NCBI GenBank assembly: GCA_903954185.1
Contig: CAJBMM010000017.1
Coordinates: 1-58,405, forward strand
Length of the DNA stretch: 58,405 nt
Origin: an uncultured Candidatus Berkelbacteria bacterium
Lineage (GTDB): Bacteria > Patescibacteriota > UBA1384 > CAJBMM01
Reading direction: 5' to 3'
Position 1 is the stretch's first letter. Each line of letters begins with the position of its first letter. Below the pieces are notes generated by a model. It was not told where the DNA came from and searched no databases. It saw nothing but the letters and a program-made list of their open reading frames with translations. Made by a program: the position numbers and the translations under genes. Positions 51,814 to 58,405 of this stretch are shown piece by piece.

Positions 51814-52941
51814 ATGTCTTTAAAAGTTATGACGGTAGTAGGAACAAGGCCTGAGATAATTAAATTATCGAGAGTAATGGCCGAACTTGAACAAAATTTC
51901 GAGCATATATTAGTTCATACAGGTCAAAATTATGATTATGAGCTAAACGAAATATTTTTTAAACAATTAGGGGTTAAGAAGCCAGACTACTTCTTAGATG
52001 CTGTCGGTGATACCGTCGCTGAAACAATCGGAAATGTCATTGCTAAATCCGACAAAATTATGGATAAAGTTGCCCCAGACGCAGTATTGCTCTACGGAGA
52101 CACTAACAGTTGTTTAGCTATTATTTCTGCCAAAAGACGCAAAATACCAGTATTCCACATGGAAGCAGGAAACCGCTGTTTTGATCAACGCGTTCCGGAG
52201 GATATTAATCGTAAAATTGTTGATCATTTAAGCGACATTAATATGCCCCTAACTGAACACGCCAGAAGATATCTTATAGCTGAGGGGTTGAAGCCAGAAA
52301 CAATCATTAAAACTGGGTCAGCAATGCAAGAGGTTTTAAATTATTATCACCCATTAATCGAAAAATCAAATGTGTTGGATGACCTCAAACTAGAGGAAGG
52401 GCAATTCTTTGTAGTGAGCGCACATCGTGAAGAGAATATCGACAGTGAAGAAAATTTTAATAACTTACTTAAATCACTCAATAAATTAGCTAAAGTTTTT
52501 AAGAAACCCATCATCGTATCAACTCACCCTAGAACCCGAAAAAAATTAGAATCCACCGAGCATGTTAAAGCAGATTCGTTAATTCAATTTTTAAAACCAC
52601 TTGGATTTTTTGAATATATCAAGTTACAACTTAGTGCCGAATGTGTCATATCTGATAGTGGAACAATCACAGAAGAATCATCAATATTGGGATTTCCGGC
52701 TGTTATGATTAGACAGGCGCATGAAAGGCCAGAAGGAATGGATGTTGGTACAGTGATAATGTCTGGATTGGATCCTGAACGAGTTATTGACTCAGTCAAT
52801 ATGGCAGTATTACATTATAAAAATAATAAAAGACCTTTTCAAATAGTCCCAGACTATAATGTCGACAACGTTTCAAAAAAGGTAGCAAGAATAATTTTAA
52901 GTTATACTGACTTTATAAATCGCACAGTTTGGCATAAATAA
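51814..52941 (+). CDS. Non-hydrolysing UDP-HexNAc 2-epimerase (QnlB/FnlC/WbjD-like)
   Basis: GTRPEIIK, HTGQNYD, HMEAGNR, SDSGTITEE and HERPE motifs. Confidence 0.9.
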   Translation: MSLKVMTVVGTRPEIIKLSRVMAELEQNFEHILVHTGQNYDYELNEIFFKQLGVKKPDYFLDAVGDTVAETIGNVIAKSDKIMDKVAPDAVLLYGDTNSCLAIISAKRRKIPVFHMEAGNRCFDQRVPEDINRKIVDHLSDINMPLTEHARRYLIAEGLKPETIIKTGSAMQEVLNYYHPLIEKSNVLDDLKLEEGQFFVVSAHREENIDSEENFNNLLKSLNKLAKVFKKPIIVSTHPRTRKKLESTEHVKADSLIQFLKPLGFFEYIKLQLSAECVISDSGTITEESSILGFPAVMIRQAHERPEGMDVGTVIMSGLDPERVIDSVNMAVLHYKNNKRPFQIVPDYNVDNVSKKVARIILSYTDFINRTVWHK

Positions 52942-52953
52942 TAAGGAAATAAT

Positions 52954-54018
52954 ATGAAAATACTTGATAATAAGACAATTTTAATCACTGGTGGAACTGG
53001 TTCGTTAGGTAAGGTGTTGACTAAGCGATTGCTATCTGGCAAAGAAGGTACCCCAAAAAAGATAATCATACTCTCTCGCGACGAGGCCAAACAACATTAT
53101 ATGCGTCTTGAATATGAAAATAAACATGCTGCAACCGAAGAAGTAATCTACAATAACTTTAAGCGTTTACTAGAATTTAGGATTGGTGATGTTCGCGACT
53201 ATCATACGATTTGTTCTGCTCTTACTAATACAGATATTGTAATTAACGCAGCCGCCCTAAAACAAGTACCTTCATGTGAATACTTCCCTTTTGAGGCAGT
53301 TCGGACCAATATCAATGGACCAGAAAACATCATTAGAGCGATTAGGGAAAACCAGTATCCAGTTAAAACCGTCTTGGGAGTATCTACAGATAAGGCATGC
53401 AAACCAGTCTGCGTTATGGGCATGACTAAGGCGCTTCAAGAAAGAATATTCATCAGTGGCAATATATCTGTGCCTAATACAAGATTTATTTGTGTTAGAT
53501 ATGGAAACGTATTAGCCTCAAGAGGTTCTGTCATTCCCCTATTCCATGAACAAATTAAAAACGGCGGCCCTGTTACCGTGACCACAAAAGAAATGACTCG
53601 CTTTCTATTACCGCTAGAAAAGGCTGTGGACACCATCATCGCTGCGCTAAAATCCGCGAAGCGTGGCGAAACATACGTTCCGAGAGTTAAATCTATAAAT
53701 ATGACCGATTTGGCAAAAGCGTTAATTGAAGACAGACAAATTAAAATTAAATATACTGGTATAAGACCAGGTGAAAAGTATCACGAAATTATGGTTTCAA
53801 TAGAAGAAGCCTGGCGCACATATGACCGTGGTAATTATTACGCAATACAACCAATGTTGCCAGAACTTATCGAGGACGAAAATATCGTTCGCCCGCTAAA
53901 AGACGAATACAGCTCAGAACATTCAATCATGACCACTAAAGAGCTTGATAAGGTACTTACAGATTACAATCTTAAGGTTGGACAAAATTTGGCCGAAGAA
54001 GGCGAATTTCTCAGATAA
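52954..54018 (+). CDS. UDP-GlcNAc 4,6-dehydratase/5-epimerase (FnlA/CapE/WbjB-like)
   Basis: GGTGSLG, SRDEAKQ, AALKQVPSCE, STDKA and RYGNVLASRGSV motifs; Met in the M-x-x-x-K site. Confidence 0.9.
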   Translation: MKILDNKTILITGGTGSLGKVLTKRLLSGKEGTPKKIIILSRDEAKQHYMRLEYENKHAATEEVIYNNFKRLLEFRIGDVRDYHTICSALTNTDIVINAAALKQVPSCEYFPFEAVRTNINGPENIIRAIRENQYPVKTVLGVSTDKACKPVCVMGMTKALQERIFISGNISVPNTRFICVRYGNVLASRGSVIPLFHEQIKNGGPVTVTTKEMTRFLLPLEKAVDTIIAALKSAKRGETYVPRVKSINMTDLAKALIEDRQIKIKYTGIRPGEKYHEIMVSIEEAWRTYDRGNYYAIQPMLPELIEDENIVRPLKDEYSSEHSIMTTKELDKVLTDYNLKVGQNLAEEGEFLR

Positions 54019-54059
54019 TATTATGGCGTTTTTAAAACCATGAGGCAGATAAATTAGAT

Positions 54060-55190
54060 ATGCATAAGAATATTCCTAAAATTGTTTTAATACGCGCGAA
54101 TAGTATTCGATCCGATACAAGAACCCTAAAAATGTATCAGACATTAAATAAATTTAGCGAGTGCACTCCAATACTTTGGAACCGAGATAATATAAGAGAA
54201 ACCGAGCCAAAAGCGATTAGATGGTATTTTAATGTACCGCTTGGTTCTAAAAAGTTTTTGTTATTTTTTCCGCTTTGGACAATTGTTTGTGTTTGGCAAC
54301 TGTTTAAATTAAAGCCAGATGCAATTCACGGATGCGATTTGGATGGTGTTATACCTGCTTATATTTATTCTGTTTTCCGCAAAACCCCATTTGTTTTTGA
54401 TATTCATGATGTCACCGAAGGGAAATATGCACTCAATCCGAAATCTTCACTCAGACGATTATTCCTTTGGGCTGATAGAGTTATGATTATCAAAGCCAAT
54501 GCAGTTTTTATGCCAGATCCTGAACGCATGGACCAACTTGAGTTAAAAAAGGATCTTCGCGATAAACTTACTAACAAATGCTTTGTAGTCTACAATTCTG
54601 ACATTATTACAGCTGGAACCAAGAATATTACCTTTTCTAGTAAAAAACAGCTTGTAGCCTCTTATGTGGGCAACCTGACACGAAATATACGCGGGGTAGA
54701 GTTTATTTTAGACGCAATACCAAAATTTCCTAACATATTTTTCCAGATCGCTGGAATGGGAGCTGATTATCAATATTTCGCAGAGAGATTTAATAAATTA
54801 AAAACTTCTAACTTTAAGTTTTGGGGGCGAGTAAGTCACGAAAAGGCTATGGAAATAAATATAAAGTCAGATTTCATGATATCGCTATTGAATCCTAATT
54901 TTCATAATTACAAATTCGCATCATCAACAAAGTTATTCGAGGCTTTCAGATTATTTAAGCCCATAATTGTATCTGATGAAACGGCCACTTCGAATATATT
55001 AAATTCTACCGAGTGGGGTTCGGCTATAAAGTATCACGAGGGTGAATTAGAAAAAGTTTTATCTCAGATTTCAACCGGTAAAATATCGTATTGCTTAGAT
55101 TCAAAAAGAACGTCTAAATACTCGTGGCAACAAATGGAAAAGATAATCAGCAATACTTATTCTAAGCTGCTAAATCTCCCGATTCAATAA
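54060..55190 (+). CDS. GT4 glycosyltransferase
   Basis: DTRTLK, IHGCDLD and STKLFEA motifs. Confidence 0.85.
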   Translation: MHKNIPKIVLIRANSIRSDTRTLKMYQTLNKFSECTPILWNRDNIRETEPKAIRWYFNVPLGSKKFLLFFPLWTIVCVWQLFKLKPDAIHGCDLDGVIPAYIYSVFRKTPFVFDIHDVTEGKYALNPKSSLRRLFLWADRVMIIKANAVFMPDPERMDQLELKKDLRDKLTNKCFVVYNSDIITAGTKNITFSSKKQLVASYVGNLTRNIRGVEFILDAIPKFPNIFFQIAGMGADYQYFAERFNKLKTSNFKFWGRVSHEKAMEINIKSDFMISLLNPNFHNYKFASSTKLFEAFRLFKPIIVSDETATSNILNSTEWGSAIKYHEGELEKVLSQISTGKISYCLDSKRTSKYSWQQMEKIISNTYSKLLNLPIQ

Positions 55191-56127
55191 TGCTTTTAAT
55201 AGATAGGTCTATTGTTGTACTAGGTGACCAATTTACTAAATTTTTAATCTTTTTAAGATCTGGTTTACGTATTTGCATATCTTCAAAGTGTTCCCCATAA
55301 ACTTTCTCTGGATCGATGTGAGTAACTTTAGATTTGCTCTCGGTTAATTTAATTACCATATCTGCTAATTCGTTAATACTAATCTCGCGATCACATCCCA
55401 CATTTATAACCTCTCCTACTGCTTTGTCGCAATTTATTAGACGCACCAATGCCTCAACTACATCGTCAATGTAACTAAAACATCTAGACTGATTGCCATC
55501 TCCATATATCTCAATATCTTGCCCCCGAAGCGCCTTGGAAATAAACCTTGGGACAACCATTCCGTACTCACTTCGTTGTTTTGGCCCAATAACATTAAAA
55601 AAACGCGTAATCACAACAGGTAAACTTTCTTCATGATAATATGCAAGAGCAATAAACTCATCAAGTGCCTTAGACTCAGCATAGCTCCATCTTGTCTTCT
55701 GGGTAGGGCCCATGATTCTATCATCACTCTCTGAAAATGGTACTTTTGAATTTTTGCCGTAGACTTCTGAAGTTGACGCGATAATAGTTTTGATTTTATT
55801 TTTATTAGCAATCTTTAATACATTTTCTGTTCCAGTTAGATTATTAATGATTGATTTCAAGGGCTCGTCCATGATTAATTTAACCCCAACCGATGCTGCC
55901 AAATGAATAACCAAATCTTTATCTTTCATAACCTGAATCACAGTAGGCTCATCTAAAATAGTCCCCTCGACAAAAGTGAAGTTCTCTGTACCGATCAGAT
56001 CAGCAATATTAGATTTTAAGCCAGTTGACAAGTTATCAAAAACCGTCACCCTATGCCCTTCATCGACTAATCTGTGTGATAAGTGGCTGCCGATAAAACC
56101 TGCTCCCCCAGTAATCAATATTTTCAT
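55162..56127 (-). CDS. NAD-dependent nucleotide-sugar epimerase/dehydratase (UXS/ArnA-like SDR)
   Basis: GGAGFIGS, HLAASVGV, STSEVYGK, RWSYAESK and RFFNVIGP motifs. Confidence 0.88.
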   Translation of the reverse strand: MKILITGGAGFIGSHLSHRLVDEGHRVTVFDNLSTGLKSNIADLIGTENFTFVEGTILDEPTVIQVMKDKDLVIHLAASVGVKLIMDEPLKSIINNLTGTENVLKIANKNKIKTIIASTSEVYGKNSKVPFSESDDRIMGPTQKTRWSYAESKALDEFIALAYYHEESLPVVITRFFNVIGPKQRSEYGMVVPRFISKALRGQDIEIYGDGNQSRCFSYIDDVVEALVRLINCDKAVGEVINVGCDREISINELADMVIKLTESKSKVTHIDPEKVYGEHFEDMQIRKPDLKKIKNLVNWSPSTTIDLSIKSIIESGDLAA

Positions 56128-56154
56128 ATGCTAAACTCCAATTAAGTTATTTTC

Positions 56155-58170
56155 TTACCTTAAGCGTAATATTATCACGCTTCCATCTTGATACACAGGA
56201 TCGTAGCCCATATTTATATATTTGTCTTTATTTAATAAATCTAAATTTGCTTTTAGATACTCTCTTGTAGCATTTATACTACTACTCTTACGCATCGAAT
56301 AATAAAAGTATACTGGCTCGGTATTTGTATATGTAGGCTCCGTAACCGCAATCGTCCGCACCGACACTACACGATCAAATTCCCTTACGCGCAATCCATC
56401 ACGATACAACACTACATGCTCAATCTCGTCTGGAGATACAAGTTTTTCAATTCTCAAAGAGGCTTGATGCAAAAGCGCCTCAACTTTAATTTCAAACTCC
56501 TGTTTGTCAATCGTTCCATTCTGCTCAAACTGCAAATAGTTGCGCCCACCATATAAAGTTACGATAGTGCGATTTTCTTGTGATGATATAAAAATGCTGT
56601 TAGCGGCTGTATTTTTAATAAATTGCACGGAGCCAGATTCCTCTCGGTATGTTTCTGAAACATTATTTTGAGAAACATACATAGTTCCGCCAACGCCCAT
56701 TGTGCACATTATAATAATTAATGTTATAAAGATTTTACTGTTCTTTAGTTGCTCCTCATAGACGGAAACTATTGCAACTAGCCCAACCAACAGACCTGTT
56801 GCAATATTTACCCACGCCCTATTGGGTAGAAAGAAAAAGCCAATTCTTGGCATAATTTCGGCAACAATAAGAAATACAAAAACAAACAATCCAGGAATTA
56901 AAGCGTGTTTTAAAATTATGTATTTCCTACGAAACAAAACGATTACAAATAATATGGCAAAAGTAGCAAACAACTGTAACCCATTATAAGCATAATAATA
57001 CAACCCCATTATTCCTGGCCATCCCAAATTATGACCATCCATAGATACGTAATTGTCTATAAACCACCATCTCCAATGAAAACCACCAAATAAACCTAAA
57101 GCGTACGTAGCCATGTCGCGCACTCTTCCAAAATAGCTATCGACCTTAAATATGATCAAATAAGGGAATATAATTACTAACGATATTAATGCATTTTTGA
57201 ATGAAATTACCTTTTCAATAAAAATCAGCTGACAAAGGCAAATTAATAAGGACAATGTTGATAAACCCAATAACACAATTCCTAACTCATGAAAAACGGT
57301 TGCTACAAAACTAAATACCACTGCTACGGCGGCTAACACCGAGTCTCTTTCGCTAATGGCCCGTTGACTCATAATTAATACCGGCAGTATAAAAAGCACC
57401 ATCATAACTTGCGGACGAATTATATTCGCCTCAATCAAGATTACTGGAGCAATAAGCAAAGATAAATATACAAGGCTTTGTAATTTTTTATTTTCTATTT
57501 TAGCTTGGGCATAATCATACAAAAATAAGGTAGAAATAAAATATAAAAACGGCGGAAGTAAGCGAAATATATATATAGGCGGAACACCTAGTAGTTTTGC
57601 TGAAAATGAATAATACCACACAAAAAGTTGTCGCAAAGGTGCCGTTACTTGGCCAGCAATAACACTGCGATTAATAGCGGTCAAGAACCCGTCTGCATCC
57701 TGTGCAAGTGGACTAATTATAACCATAGCTGCAATTACGAAAAAAGTTAATAGTAATGGCCAGTGTGTGAAAATTTCAGGCCTAGAAAAATGACTTTTTA
57801 CATTAATAGACCCTGTGCTGAATTTTGCGACAATGACAGCAAAAACCAACGCCATGTTAGTAACCACAGTCAACAAAATTACATTACTATTACTTATATC
57901 CAAAGTTCTAAGAAATATTTGCAAAAAAGAAAAAGTGACGATGGATAAAAATACTACGAGCGCAATTTTACCAAATTTGCCAAATCGCTGACTTAAAAAT
58001 GGCATCAATTGCAGCAAGCTATACCCCGGTAAAATAAACATCAGTAATGTAGCAAGAAGCACTTTAACATATTCAAGATAGATAATGTCCAATTTATTGC
58101 ATATCACAAAAAGTATAATGACTATAATCGCCGGACTTACATACAATAATAATTGACTAATTTTTTTCAT
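56155..58170 (-). CDS. Polytopic membrane protein, GT-C-like
   Basis: FILPGY, QDAD loop, IRPQ and FHE motifs; many TM helices and a soluble C-terminal domain. Confidence 0.55.
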   Translation of the reverse strand: MKKISQLLLYVSPAIIVIILFVICNKLDIIYLEYVKVLLATLLMFILPGYSLLQLMPFLSQRFGKFGKIALVVFLSIVTFSFLQIFLRTLDISNSNVILLTVVTNMALVFAVIVAKFSTGSINVKSHFSRPEIFTHWPLLLTFFVIAAMVIISPLAQDADGFLTAINRSVIAGQVTAPLRQLFVWYYSFSAKLLGVPPIYIFRLLPPFLYFISTLFLYDYAQAKIENKKLQSLVYLSLLIAPVILIEANIIRPQVMMVLFILPVLIMSQRAISERDSVLAAVAVVFSFVATVFHELGIVLLGLSTLSLLICLCQLIFIEKVISFKNALISLVIIFPYLIIFKVDSYFGRVRDMATYALGLFGGFHWRWWFIDNYVSMDGHNLGWPGIMGLYYYAYNGLQLFATFAILFVIVLFRRKYIILKHALIPGLFVFVFLIVAEIMPRIGFFFLPNRAWVNIATGLLVGLVAIVSVYEEQLKNSKIFITLIIIMCTMGVGGTMYVSQNNVSETYREESGSVQFIKNTAANSIFISSQENRTIVTLYGGRNYLQFEQNGTIDKQEFEIKVEALLHQASLRIEKLVSPDEIEHVVLYRDGLRVREFDRVVSVRTIAVTEPTYTNTEPVYFYYSMRKSSSINATREYLKANLDLLNKDKYINMGYDPVYQDGSVIILRLR

Positions 58171-58405
58171 GATAAAATGCGTAAAATATATTTTACAAAT
58201 CCCCAATAAATTCCCATTATTTTATTATAAATAAAAACCCCTGGTAATGATACAAGTGCAAAATTTATCTCTGCATCAATATATTGGCTAAGCTCATAAT
58301 CATTCTTAACTCGTTTATTATGCATTCTCTTCATTAAAACTTCAGGTAATTGCAATATAAACATTAAATATGCTTTAATTTTTTGGATAAACCACCCGCT
58401 ACATA
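58167..58405 (-). CDS. 3' end of an upstream gene entering from the right edge (possibly a GT2 glycosyltransferase)
   Basis: The frame is open to the window edge (CSGWFIQKIKAYLMF...YWGFVKYILRILS*), with an ATGA overlap onto the next gene. Confidence 0.55.
   Translation of the reverse strand, partial: CSGWFIQKIKAYLMFILQLPEVLMKRMHNKRVKNDYELSQYIDAEINFALVSLPGVFIYNKIMGIYWGFVKYILRILS

Overview
Chromosomal segment of an AT-rich bacterium with genetic code 11. Gene content and the repeat-filled intergenic DNA suggest Patescibacteria/CPR (inference). From left to right: (1) the 5' 4.5 kb of a giant secreted Gly-rich/FN3 repeat protein on the minus strand, which runs off the window and is missing from the ORF track; (2) a 1.6-kb decaying islet (HhH-GPD-like pseudogene plus VapBC-like pair) bounded by a 15-bp duplication of the groEL terminator; (3) groES-groEL; (4) an HTH/coiled-coil gene whose promoter is covered by a 12-bp-periodic repeat array, resembling pSK1 Par or RacA; (5) VanW, DUF3006-like and K+-independent H+-PPase genes; (6) surface-glycosylation genes (two O-antigen ligase family, Wzx, GTs, GT-C), interrupted by a rod-shaped ncRNA and a TrmB regulator divergent from a GC-rich radical SAM gene; (7) a SAM-riboswitch-led metK-adenosine kinase-ahcY operon; (8) tdh-kbl; (9) an 18-kb Wzm/Wzt polysaccharide locus (amidated HexNAcA and L-QuiNAc-type pathways). 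REP-like palindromes and heptamer repeats are abundant and have entered several reading frames. Best candidates for undescribed biology are the Par-like gene with its repeat array, the TrmB/radical SAM/ncRNA module, a 7-codon expression unit, and the in-frame repeat insertions. No database searches or folding programs were run; all calls rest on motifs read by eye.
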